Shown here in pieces: positions 31,791-39,984 of a stretch of DNA of 59,171 nucleotides. The position numbers and the translations under genes are program-made. The stretch lies in assembly GCA_964601985.1 (NCBI GenBank), contig CAZRPT010000126.1, positions 1 through 59,171 of the forward strand, read 5' to 3'. Numbering within the stretch: the first letter of the stretch is position 1; each line of letters opens with the position of its first letter. Below the pieces are notes generated by a model that worked only from the letters and a program-made list of their open reading frames with translations, did no database searches and was not told where the DNA came from. The stretch comes from an uncultured Verrucomicrobiota bacterium (GTDB lineage Bacteria; Verrucomicrobiota; Verrucomicrobiia; Limisphaerales; J093).

Positions 31791-32033
31791 GAAAAATCCG
31801 AGGGAGCGAAGGAGCGAGGGCCGAGAGAAATCCGAAAGGAGCGCCCCTGTGTAGCGCAGGCTGACAGCCGGCGCTACGGGTGGGGAGGCAGCGCTTTTGC
31901 CCGGCCGCCTGGAAACCGGCGACACAGCAGACTGCAAGTCTGCGTTGCGGAAGAGCGCGCGCTCCTTTTCGGATTTCGGGATTCGGGGTTCGGATTTCCC
32001 TCGGCCCTCGGGTCTTCGCTCCCTCGGATTTTC
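31791..32033. repeat. Composite palindromic intergenic element, copy 1 (long imperfect inverted arms plus a structured core)
   Basis: The left arm 31791..31843 (gaaaaatccgagggagcgaaggagcgagggccgagagaaatccgaaaggagcgc) is the imperfect reverse complement of the right arm 31959..32033. The ~115-nt core contains the hairpins gtagcgc..gcgctac (31851..31877) and gcagac-tgcaa-gtctgc (31927..31943). It also carries the core motif shared with the other copies. Confidence 0.8.
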
Positions 32034-32093
32034 TTCGCCGTTCGGATCTCCGCGCTTCGCTGCCCGGCAACCAAACGGTCTTCGGGGAGGCGG

Positions 32094-33530
32094 TCAAATC
32101 AGCCAGGCTTGGTGGTCGTTTTTCAGTTGGCCGAGGTGCCGGCGGCCGGCGGGGGAGGTGTCGGCCTCGAGTTCGTCCACGGCCCGCCAGTAGGAGTGCC
32201 CTTCTCCATCGGCATGGCTGCGTGTGAGGTGGAGGAAGTTCGCGGTGTCCTGAAAATGCCAGCAGGCGGCGGGGGCGGCGATGGCCCAATGACCGGAGGC
32301 GGGATCCGGGCGGACGTCCCACGTGTTGAGCCGCCGGGCGAAGTCGGTGGGGAGGTCGAGGCCGCGCAGGTGGGCGAGGAAGCGGTTGTGGTTTTCGAGA
32401 TCGGCCCGGGCGGGCTCGGAGGCGGGATTGCCCAGAAGCGGAATGAGCGCCTCCATGCCGGGCACGCGCAGGCGGCGCAGGACGGTGGCGCGGGCGATGA
32501 CGCCGGCGAGCCACGAGAGGGGGGAGGGCAGTTGTTCCTGGATGAAGGTGGCGCCGGTGGTCAGCAGGATGTTGCCCCGTTCCGCTTCGGAGAGGGTTTC
32601 CCAATCGGGCACCTGGGCGGCGACGTAGGCCTTGAGCAGGTGCCAGAACTCCGCGAACAACAGCCGCCGTTCGCGAAGCTGGGTTGCGACGAGCGGCAGG
32701 GTGGGCTTGAGATGGGGAAAGGCCTTCCAGACGTCGGCGATCTGCGAATCGCGGAAGCGGTACATCGCCGGCTCGGCCAGCATCTGGTCGGCGGTGTCGG
32801 GCGCGATGGCCAGCCGCGACCGGCCGGTGGCCATTTCAAACAGTCCCACGCCGGCGGAAAACACGTCCGACGCCACCGTGGGCGGCACCTGCGCCTGGAG
32901 GTTTGAGACGTCAATCACCACCTCGGCGTGGTCGGGCGTGGCGGCGTAGGCGAAGGAGCGCAAATCCCGCCGGTGGCGCGGCGTGAAAAACGCCCCGAGG
33001 TCCACGAACCGCACGCTCCCGTCCGGCAGGCGGATCACGTTGTCCGGCTTGAAATCAATGATCAGCATCCCGTGCCGGTGGAACCGCTCCATCAGGGAGA
33101 AGGTCTGAATGACCGCCCGGCACAATTCGTCGAGCCGGGCCGGTTCGTAGCCCACCGACGCGATTTCCTCGGCCCACGACCGGAGGTTGTGGCCCGGCAG
33201 AAACTCCATCGCGATGAAGGCGAACTTGCGGTCGTAGTCAATGTCCCCGCCGAACCATCCGGGCACGTGCGGCCGCAGGGATTCCACCGCCCGGATTTCC
33301 TCGAACGTGGCCAGCTCGGCCTGATAGTTGGTGAAGGGGCCGTAACTGAGTTCGTCCGCCCGCCCGCAGTCCAGATCGAACACCTTCACCAGCACCCCCG
33401 CGTGGTCGGTCTGGTAGAGGGCGGTGTCCGGATTGATCACGAGGGCCTGGATCAGCGTCACCCGGCCCAGCCCCGGCAGGGCTACGACGAGACCGGCGTG
33501 TTTGCCGGCGGGGAGGGAGTCCGGGTTCAT
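32094..33530 (-). CDS. Atypical Hanks-type protein kinase-like protein with a ~200-aa C-terminal domain of unknown function
   Basis: ATG at 33530. Elements seen: VKVF (beta-3 Lys), FEEIRAVE (alpha-C Glu), catalytic loop IIDFKPDN (HRD replaced by IID), VDLG in place of DFG, and the SDVFSAGVGLFEMATG subdomain IX. There is no Gly-rich loop and no TM segment. Confidence 0.6.
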   Translation of the reverse strand: MNPDSLPAGKHAGLVVALPGLGRVTLIQALVINPDTALYQTDHAGVLVKVFDLDCGRADELSYGPFTNYQAELATFEEIRAVESLRPHVPGWFGGDIDYDRKFAFIAMEFLPGHNLRSWAEEIASVGYEPARLDELCRAVIQTFSLMERFHRHGMLIIDFKPDNVIRLPDGSVRFVDLGAFFTPRHRRDLRSFAYAATPDHAEVVIDVSNLQAQVPPTVASDVFSAGVGLFEMATGRSRLAIAPDTADQMLAEPAMYRFRDSQIADVWKAFPHLKPTLPLVATQLRERRLLFAEFWHLLKAYVAAQVPDWETLSEAERGNILLTTGATFIQEQLPSPLSWLAGVIARATVLRRLRVPGMEALIPLLGNPASEPARADLENHNRFLAHLRGLDLPTDFARRLNTWDVRPDPASGHWAIAAPAACWHFQDTANFLHLTRSHADGEGHSYWRAVDELEADTSPAGRRHLGQLKNDHQAWLI

Positions 33531-33875
33531 GACCAAAGCAGGGCGGACGGCGCGGAGGCACACGGGACGGGAAACGGAGCCGTTTCGCGGGAGTTTCCGC
33601 CCGCCGAAGCCGGTCCCCGCGGGACCGCCAAAACAAGCCGAGGTTTCATGGTTGCGTAGTGAACGCGCCCAGACTCCCTCAAATCCGGACGAGATGCACT
33701 CTTTTTCGTCCGTTTCCGACGGGCAACGCCGCTGGATCGGCCGGGCGTTTGTCCGGAGCGGCGCCCGCGTCGGGCGGAAGCATGGTCCGCGGGCCGTCTG
33801 GCGGAGAGCATCTTCGGAAACGAAAAAAAACGCGGAAGAAGCGCGTCCCCGGGCGGGGCGGAAAGCGGGTCCGGC

Positions 33876-33909
33876 AAAAAAAAGCGGACGCCGGATTCAC
33901 GGCGTCCGC
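33876..33909 (-). terminator. Rho-independent terminator downstream of the TlpA-like gene
   Basis: On the minus strand: stem gcggacgccg/cggcgtccgc (10 bp, 6-nt loop) followed by an 8-nt U-run (A-run 33876..33883 on the plus strand). It lies 24 nt past the stop at 33933. Confidence 0.75.
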
Positions 33910-33932
33910 CCGGTAAGAGCTGGTTTTTCTCG

Positions 33933-34871
33933 TTATTGCTCCGACTTGGGAGCCGGCTGTTTCTGCTTTTGTATCTGGCGCTCCATGATTTCCACGTAGC
34001 GATTGTAGAGCTGTTTTTCCCGCGGGGTTTCGCTGAGCGTGATCGCCTTTTTGGCCATGGCCACGCCGCCCTGCTTGTCCCCGGATTCGAACAGCAGGAC
34101 CGCCCGGATGCCCGTGAGGCGGGCATTGGTTTTGCCGTTGGCTTCCACCGCCTTGTCCAGGGCCTTGCCGGCGAGGGTGAAATCGCGCTGGTCACCGCCC
34201 GGGCTCGCCACGATCTCGAACGCCATGTTGCTCAGGGTGTCCACGTTGGTGCCGGCCAGCTTGAGCAGTTTTTCCCCGGCGGCTTTCGCGGCGGGATCGC
34301 CCTTGGCCACCAACGCCTTGTAATCGCCCATGGCCGCCCGGAATTCGTCCGCCTTGATGGCGGCCTTCAGGTCATATTTGCCCGCGAGAACCTCGGCGAG
34401 CTTCTCCTCCAAACCGCCCATCGGATGGCCGAACCAGAGCACCTTGCCGTCTTTCCCGATGATGAACGCCGTGGGGATGCCGTTTTGGTCGTAAGCGCGC
34501 ATGTAGCCGGCGCTGGTCTTGCGGCTGTCATCGCAGGCCACGTGGTAATCCATCTTGGCCCCCATCTGCTCGACGAAGGGTTTCACCTTGGCCACCGGCT
34601 CATCACTGACGCCGACCACCACCACGCCCTTGTCCTTGAACTTCTTCTGCACCTCGGTCAGGTGCGGAATGCTGGCGCGACACGGCGGGCACCACGTGGC
34701 CCAAAACTCCACCACGTACACGTGCTTGCCGTCACGCACGTCCACGGGAGAGCCCTTGACCCACTCCTTGATCACCAGCGGAGCCGCGGGATCGCCGATT
34801 TTGGCGGCCGAGAGACTGAATGCGGAACACGCCACCAAGGCGGCGCCCAACAGAAGGGTGTTTTTCTTCAT
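33933..34871 (-). CDS. Secreted TlpA/ResA-like thiol:disulfide oxidoreductase with a C-terminal helical (TPR-like) domain
   Basis: The ATG at 34871 gives the signal peptide MKKNTLLLGAALVACSAFSLSAA. Thioredoxin fold with FWATWCPPC. The ~170-aa alpha-helical tail ends in a Lys/Gln-rich stretch. Confidence 0.8.
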   Translation of the reverse strand: MKKNTLLLGAALVACSAFSLSAAKIGDPAAPLVIKEWVKGSPVDVRDGKHVYVVEFWATWCPPCRASIPHLTEVQKKFKDKGVVVVGVSDEPVAKVKPFVEQMGAKMDYHVACDDSRKTSAGYMRAYDQNGIPTAFIIGKDGKVLWFGHPMGGLEEKLAEVLAGKYDLKAAIKADEFRAAMGDYKALVAKGDPAAKAAGEKLLKLAGTNVDTLSNMAFEIVASPGGDQRDFTLAGKALDKAVEANGKTNARLTGIRAVLLFESGDKQGGVAMAKKAITLSETPREKQLYNRYVEIMERQIQKQKQPAPKSEQ

Positions 34872-34954
34872 AAACGACCCGAAACCAGTAAACGAACCCG
34901 TCCGCCAGTGCAAATGACAAAATCGGTTTTTTGTCCCCCGCCTCGCCGTGGCAG

Positions 34955-35200
34955 GGGGAAATCCGAGGGAGCGAGGGACCGAGGGAAATTCGAAAGAAAG
35001 CACGCTTTGGTAGCGCCGGCTTCCAGCCGGCCCGGCGGGCGAGGAAGAGCGGCCGCCGCGCAAAGGGGAACGCTTGGCCGACTGGACGTCGGCGAAACGG
35101 CAGGTTGGAAACCGGCGCTACGGAGAGCCTCCTCCTCACCTCACCGCTTCCGGGGAGCCCTTTCGGAATTCGGATTTCCTTCGGCCTTCGGCTTTCCGCC
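34955..35200. repeat. Composite palindromic intergenic element, copy 2
   Basis: Outer arms 34955..35006 (gggggaaatccgagggagcgagggaccgagggaaattcgaaagaaagcacgc) and 35155..35200 (imperfect reverse complement). Inner inverted pair gtagcgccggcttccagccgg (35010..) and ggttggaaaccggcgctac (..35121). 35010..35073 is the reverse complement of the core seen at 36215 and 36935. Confidence 0.8.
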
Positions 35201-35243
35201 GGCGGGGCGGGCGGGTTGCGGATGGGAGCCCGCGCCTCCCGGG

Positions 35244-35271
35244 TTGACTCCCCCCCGGGAGAAGGTAGGGT
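35244..35271 (+). promoter_or_regulatory. Candidate sigma-70-type promoter (TTGACT-N16-TAGGGT)
   Basis: It has the same architecture as the 935..962 candidate and ends 28 nt upstream of the SMP-30 gene start (35300). Confidence 0.35.
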
Positions 35272-35299
35272 CGGCGCGCACACACCGAATCGGCCGACC

Positions 35300-36190
35300 A
35301 TGAAAACATTCCTGTTGTTGACGATGGGGGGACTGCTCGTTCCGTTCCTGCTTCCGGCGGCGGAGGTCACCGCGCCCGGCGCGCGGCTGGAAAAGCTCAC
35401 CGACGCCTGCAAGTTCACCGAGGGCCCCGCCGCGGACGCCCCGGGCAACGTCTATTTCACCGATCAGCCCAACGACCGCATTCTGGTGTGGACCACCGAT
35501 CAGCGGCTCGAAACCTTCCTCCAACCTTGCGGCCGCTCGAACGGGCTCTTCTTCGACCGGGACGGCAATCTGCTGGCCTGCGCGGACGAGAAAAACGAGT
35601 TGTGGCTCATTCCCCTGGCGCGCCGGCCCCGCGTGCTGGTGCGGGATTTCCGGGGCAAGCTGCTCAACGGCCCGAACGATCTCTGGGTGCGCCCGGACAA
35701 CGGGGTGTATTTCACCGATCCGCTCTATAAACGCCCGTGGTGGAAACATCGCGATCCGGCCGGTCAGCAGGGCGGGCAGCACGTCTATTTCCTCTCCCCC
35801 GACCGGCGCGCGCTCAAACCGGTGGCCACCGACCTGGAGCAACCGAACGGCATCATCGGCACGCCGGACGGGCGCACGCTCTACGTGGCGGACATCCACG
35901 CGAAAAAAACCTGGGCCTACACCATCCAGCCTGACGGCGCGCTCACGGACAAGCGCCTGTTCTGCGCCCTGGGGTCAGACGGAATGACGGTGGACGACGC
36001 GGGAAATGTTTACCTCACCGGCCCCGGGGTGACGGTGTTCGACGCCCGGGGGACGCAAATCCAGCACCTTCCCGTGCCCGAACGCTGGACCGCCAACGTC
36101 TGCTTCGGCGGTCCCCGGCGGGATGAATTGTTCATCACCGCCAGCACCGCGTTGTATCGCATCCGGATGCGGACCCGCGGGGTGTATTGA
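35300..36190 (+). CDS. Secreted SMP-30/gluconolactonase/LRE family protein (six-bladed beta-propeller)
   Basis: The ATG at 35300 gives the signal peptide MKTFLLLTMGGLLVPFLLPAAE. Motifs seen: EGPAADAPGNVYFTD, SNGLFFDRDGNLL, PNDLWVRPDNGVYFTDP, PNGIIGTPDGRTLYVAD and DGMTVDDAGNVY. Confidence 0.82.
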   Translation: MKTFLLLTMGGLLVPFLLPAAEVTAPGARLEKLTDACKFTEGPAADAPGNVYFTDQPNDRILVWTTDQRLETFLQPCGRSNGLFFDRDGNLLACADEKNELWLIPLARRPRVLVRDFRGKLLNGPNDLWVRPDNGVYFTDPLYKRPWWKHRDPAGQQGGQHVYFLSPDRRALKPVATDLEQPNGIIGTPDGRTLYVADIHAKKTWAYTIQPDGALTDKRLFCALGSDGMTVDDAGNVYLTGPGVTVFDARGTQIQHLPVPERWTANVCFGGPRRDELFITASTALYRIRMRTRGVY

Positions 36191-36214
36191 GCGATGCGGA
36201 AATCGGCCGGCTCG

Positions 36215-36356
36215 GCGTTCCCCTTTGCGCGGGGGGCGCTTTTGCTCGTCCGCCCGGCCGGCTGGAAGCCGGTGGAACGGCAGACTGAAAGTCCGCGCTA
36301 CGGGGAGCGGGCGCCACCCCGCGGACGCGCCGGGACGCTCGCCGGATTCTCCCGCC
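36215..36356. repeat. Partial copy of the intergenic repeat (core plus degenerate right arm)
   Basis: gcgttcccctttgcgcggggggcgcttttgctcgtccgcccggccggctggaagccggtggaacggcagactgaaagtccgcgctacgggg aligns with the reverse complement of 35010..35073, with 31889..31950 and with 36935..36990. A degenerate cggattctccc arm follows at ~36341..36356. Confidence 0.7.
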
Positions 36357-36509
36357 TCCGCCCCATGGCCGTTCCCTCCGTCATGCCGTCCGCCCTCCCG
36401 TCAGGTTCGCGGGCCGTCTCGCCGGGGTGGGATCCGCAGTTTTGCTCATCGTCACCATGCGATTTTCCACTGGACGCTAGAGTGCTAATGCAGTACGTTT
36501 GTCATTGTT

Positions 36510-36704
36510 ATGGAACTGACCAGCCTTTTGTTTGCCGCCTGGATCACGACGACGTCGGTCGTCACCGGCGGCTGTGTCGGGGCATCTCCCGACCCCGCCA
36601 CTCAGGAAGTTCGGGCCCCCGCCGCACTGGAGGTCGCCCCCGTGGCGCTCTACAGTCCCGACGAGGCGGTCGTGCATCCCGCGTGGGATGCGTTCGCCGA
36701 TTAG
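36510..36704 (+). CDS. Small (64 aa) putative lipoprotein
   Basis: MELTSLLFAAWITTTSVVTGGC has a signal-like hydrophobic core and a lipobox-like TGGC. ATG start preceded by a lower-GC stretch. A very strong terminator lies 45 nt downstream. No homology was recognised. Confidence 0.45.
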   Translation: MELTSLLFAAWITTTSVVTGGCVGASPDPATQEVRAPAALEVAPVALYSPDEAVVHPAWDAFAD

Positions 36705-36749
36705 GCGCCGAACCTTCCTTCGCGCGCTCCGCGACGCGCGCTGATTTCC

Positions 36750-36804
36750 CCCTTCCGACGGCGGAGCAAAGGTGCTTCCGCCGTCGGAAGGGTTCTTTTT
36801 TTTT
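36750..36804 (+). terminator. Strong rho-independent terminator
   Basis: ~16-bp stem cccttccgacggcgga (36750..36765) / tccgccgtcggaaggg (36777..36792), followed by ttcttttttttt (36793..36804). Confidence 0.8.
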
Positions 36805-36934
36805 CCCGGTCCTGTTTCGTCCGGAAGCGGCCGGAGTTCCGTCAGAGAGCAGGCATTTCCGGCGTCCGCTCTTCGGAAGCCGCCCCGCCCCGTCATCCTC
36901 CGTCCGACGCGGATTTCCAATCTGCCAAGCTGCC

Positions 36935-37130
36935 GCTTTACGCGGCGGCTGCCTTTCCTCGCCCGCCGGGCCGGCTGGAAGCCGGCGATGGGCTCGCGCG
37001 TGCCCCCGCGCTCGGCCCCGCGGGCCTTCGTCCTGCCGGACGAATCCCTTTCGCCGCCCCCCGGCGGCTCAAGTCAGCAGATCGGAAGAAAAGACGTGCG
37101 CTTTCTTTCGGGTTTCGGATTTCCCTGCCG
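36935..37130. repeat. Partial copy of the intergenic repeat (core plus right arm)
   Basis: 36935..36990 (ctttacgcggcggctgcctttcctcgcccgccgggccggctggaagccggcg) is near-identical to the reverse complement of 35017..35068. 37096..37130 (gtgcgctttctttcgggtttcggatttccctgccg) matches the right arm of copy 1. Confidence 0.7.
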
Positions 37131-37464
37131 GGGCAGCCCCCCGCGTCCTTTAATCACGGCCGTTTCCCCGGCATCACGCGTGCCGGAATACCCGGGGCCA
37201 CGAAGAACGCGCAACCGGACCGAAGAACCCCGTTCCCGCGCATCGGGGAGCCGGGCGGGCCCGGCCCGACCCGCCAGAGGCGGGTGCTACCCGGACAAGC
37301 AAGTCGCTCCTCAAGCAAAAAATGCAAAAACCAACTGCAACCGCCATGCGGAGACATGCCCTTTTCCGGACCGGTCGCCCTCTCAAGTCGTTGGGTTTTT
37401 CGCTTTTTTCGGGGGAGGCGCGGCATGGAATCCCGGGAAACGGCCCATGAAATTCTCCGCACGT

Positions 37465-37480
37465 TGGCATGTCGCGTGCT
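37465..37480 (+). promoter_or_regulatory. Sigma-54-like -24/-12 motif TGGCAT-N5-GTGCT
   Basis: GG (37466-67) and GC (37478-79) have the canonical 12-nt register. The motif overlaps the first ATG (37469) of the DUF1800 ORF and lies 16 nt before the second ATG (37496). It is only plausible if 37496 is the start and the leader is very short. Confidence 0.2.
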
Positions 37481-39970
37481 AAAGTGTCAGCCTGCATGAG
37501 CTGTTTTCGCATCGTTTGGCGGGCCGGGCTGGTCTGCGGTTTCGCGGGCTTGGCCGGGGAGCTGGTGGCCGAATCATCCCCGCCGCCGCGGTTGACCTGG
37601 TCGCTCACGGCGGGCGGATTGCAACTGAAGTTTCCGCCCGCGCCGGGGGTGGCCGCCTTCGTCATCGAGTCTTCCAGCGACGTGACGGGCGGTTATCAAG
37701 CCGATCCCCACGGCACGGTGGAGGGCTACACCTGGACCGCCGGGAGTGCCGCGGCGCCGCGTTTTTACCGGTTGCGGCAGGAGCCGGTGGACGCCGCGCA
37801 TCTGCTGGGATCGGTGGCGCTGAACCGGCTGGCTTACGGCCCGACGCCGGACTTGATCGAGCGGGTGCTGACCGGGCCGGACGCCATCGGACCGGAGGCC
37901 TACCTCGCCGAGCAACTGGCGCCGGAGACGATTGACGAGTCGGACCTGGACGCGCCGTTGCCCGAGCTGGGCTGGGAGCGGGTGGTCTGGACCGGCATCG
38001 CCACCAGCTCGCGTCTCTACATCTATCCGAGCGCGCCGGGCGAGGTGTATCTGGACGATCTGGAGCTGGTGGCGGGCGACACCCCTGGCGGGGGACCGAA
38101 CCTGATCCGCAACGGCGATTTCGAGTCGCCCCTCGAAACGGCGTGGACCATCTCCGACAACCTCGCCGACACGACCCGCAGCGCGACGATCAAACATTCG
38201 GGCGCCTACGGACTGCATCTGGTGGCCACCCAGGGCGGCACCACCCGCGGTTCTTCCGTCTGGCAGGAGATCACGCCGCGCCTCGTCCGGGGCGGGACCT
38301 ACACGGTGAGCTACTGGTATCTGCCCACCACGGAGGGCCGGAACCTGACGGTGCGGCTTTCGGGCGCGGGCAGCCGGCCCGGTGACGGCATTGACACGAC
38401 TCACAGCCTGGTGCCCACCCGCTATCTGCCGGGCGCGTTGCGGGAGAAGCTCGAAGCGGGCGAGGCGGTGATTGACGACCTGCGGGCGTGGTTTCTGCTG
38501 CACGCGGTGCGTTCCGAACGCCAGCTTTTGCAAACGCTCCTCCAGTTCTGGGACAACCATTTCACCACCTGGTACACCAAGAGCCGCGACTGGGTGAGGC
38601 GACGGGTCGAGGAATCGCAAACCGCGCGCCGGGTGGCCACGCATTTCGAGTTTCGTGAGCTCCAGCGCTGGACCGAGGTGCTGCTGAATCCCAACGGCAC
38701 CTTTTACGACCTGCTCCGGATCAGCGCCGAGAGTCCCGCCATGATCATCTACCTCGACACCGTCAGCAGCCGGGCGGGGCGGGCCAACGAGAATTACGCG
38801 CGCGAGCTGCTCGAGCTGTTTACCATGGGGGTGGACAACGGCTACACGCAGGACGACATCGAGGAGCTGAGCCGGGTCTGGACCGGCTGGCGGGTGGCCA
38901 AGCTGCCGCCCGAGCAGGCGGACAATCCGTTGGCCGAACCGGTCGAGGATCCCGACACCGATCCCGGCGTCTGGGCCTTCTGGTTCCGGAGTTCGCGGCA
39001 CGACACCGGCGGCAAGCTCCTCTTTCCGGGCCGCACGGTGGACGCGCGTTTCGGTCCGCCCCACGCCGGCGAACCCTACCAGTTGGTCATTCCGCGTCGC
39101 TCCGGCGACGCCGGCATCCGGGACGGCTACGATGTGCTCGCGCACCTGGCCAACCTGCCCTACACGCAGGAATTCATCTCCGTGAAGCTCTGCCGGCTGT
39201 TCGTGCACGAGAATTTCCACCACGGCGTCCATGACTACACCGATCCCGATCTGTCGCCCGAGGGCCGCCTGATCAAGGAGTGCATGGCGGCCTGGGACCG
39301 GCCCGGCCCGGACGGTCGGCGCGGCAATCTGCGGCAGGTGCTGGCAGTGATCTTCGCCTCCGACCTGTTCCGCGGGCACGCCGCCTCCCGGCAGAAGGTG
39401 CGTACGCCGCTCGAATTCGTGGTGGCCACCGTGCGCCAGTTGCGGGCGGCCCGGCCGGAGGGCGGCTACACCGCCGACACCGACGGCTACGACCTCGCCG
39501 GGCCGCTCGAACGGATGAACATGGAGCTGTTCGAACGCGAGGATCCCGACGGCTGGCCGGAGTTGGGTCGCGACTGGATCAGCACGGCGTCGCTGGTCGA
39601 GCGGATGCGCTTCACGCAAAACTTCCTCCTGCCCGACCGCGCCCCGCTCAAGCGGGAGGATTACGGCAGGTCCGGCGTGAACAACGTGTCCGATCCGGTG
39701 GCCCTGCTGCAACAGCGCCTTCCCGCCGAGCAATGGAACGACGCGGACGCCGTGGCGGCGTTTTTCCTCGATCTGCTGTTCCTCGGCGAAGGCCGCGCGA
39801 ACCTGGATCTCGACCGGCGCGCCGCCGTGGATTTTCTGAACGCCGACGCCACCGGCGCGCCGGATTCTTCGCCTTTCGCGGATTTGTCCGCCGACGGGGC
39901 CGCCTATGACGAACGGGTGCGCAGTCTGCTGGCCTTCCTGCTCGCGCTGCCCCGCAACCATGAACAGTAA
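37469..39970 (+). CDS. DUF1800 domain protein with an N-terminal beta-sandwich (...RFYRL) module and a CBM4/9-like domain
   Basis: DUF1800 core: FWDNHFTT...MIIYLD...NENYARELLELFTMG. Upstream lies NGDFESPLETAWTIS...YTVSYWY (carbohydrate-binding-module-like). The N-terminus carries a signal-like segment. Alternative start ATG at 37496. Confidence 0.85.
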   Translation: MSRAKVSACMSCFRIVWRAGLVCGFAGLAGELVAESSPPPRLTWSLTAGGLQLKFPPAPGVAAFVIESSSDVTGGYQADPHGTVEGYTWTAGSAAAPRFYRLRQEPVDAAHLLGSVALNRLAYGPTPDLIERVLTGPDAIGPEAYLAEQLAPETIDESDLDAPLPELGWERVVWTGIATSSRLYIYPSAPGEVYLDDLELVAGDTPGGGPNLIRNGDFESPLETAWTISDNLADTTRSATIKHSGAYGLHLVATQGGTTRGSSVWQEITPRLVRGGTYTVSYWYLPTTEGRNLTVRLSGAGSRPGDGIDTTHSLVPTRYLPGALREKLEAGEAVIDDLRAWFLLHAVRSERQLLQTLLQFWDNHFTTWYTKSRDWVRRRVEESQTARRVATHFEFRELQRWTEVLLNPNGTFYDLLRISAESPAMIIYLDTVSSRAGRANENYARELLELFTMGVDNGYTQDDIEELSRVWTGWRVAKLPPEQADNPLAEPVEDPDTDPGVWAFWFRSSRHDTGGKLLFPGRTVDARFGPPHAGEPYQLVIPRRSGDAGIRDGYDVLAHLANLPYTQEFISVKLCRLFVHENFHHGVHDYTDPDLSPEGRLIKECMAAWDRPGPDGRRGNLRQVLAVIFASDLFRGHAASRQKVRTPLEFVVATVRQLRAARPEGGYTADTDGYDLAGPLERMNMELFEREDPDGWPELGRDWISTASLVERMRFTQNFLLPDRAPLKREDYGRSGVNNVSDPVALLQQRLPAEQWNDADAVAAFFLDLLFLGEGRANLDLDRRAAVDFLNADATGAPDSSPFADLSADGAAYDERVRSLLAFLLALPRNHEQ

Positions 39971-39984
39971 TCCGCTTTTTCCCG

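Noticed and set aside
31791-37130. Possibility that the repeated intergenic sequences are a CRISPR array
   Set aside because: The copies occur in both orientations, are diverged, have different lengths and are separated by whole genes rather than by short unique spacers. No cas genes are present.
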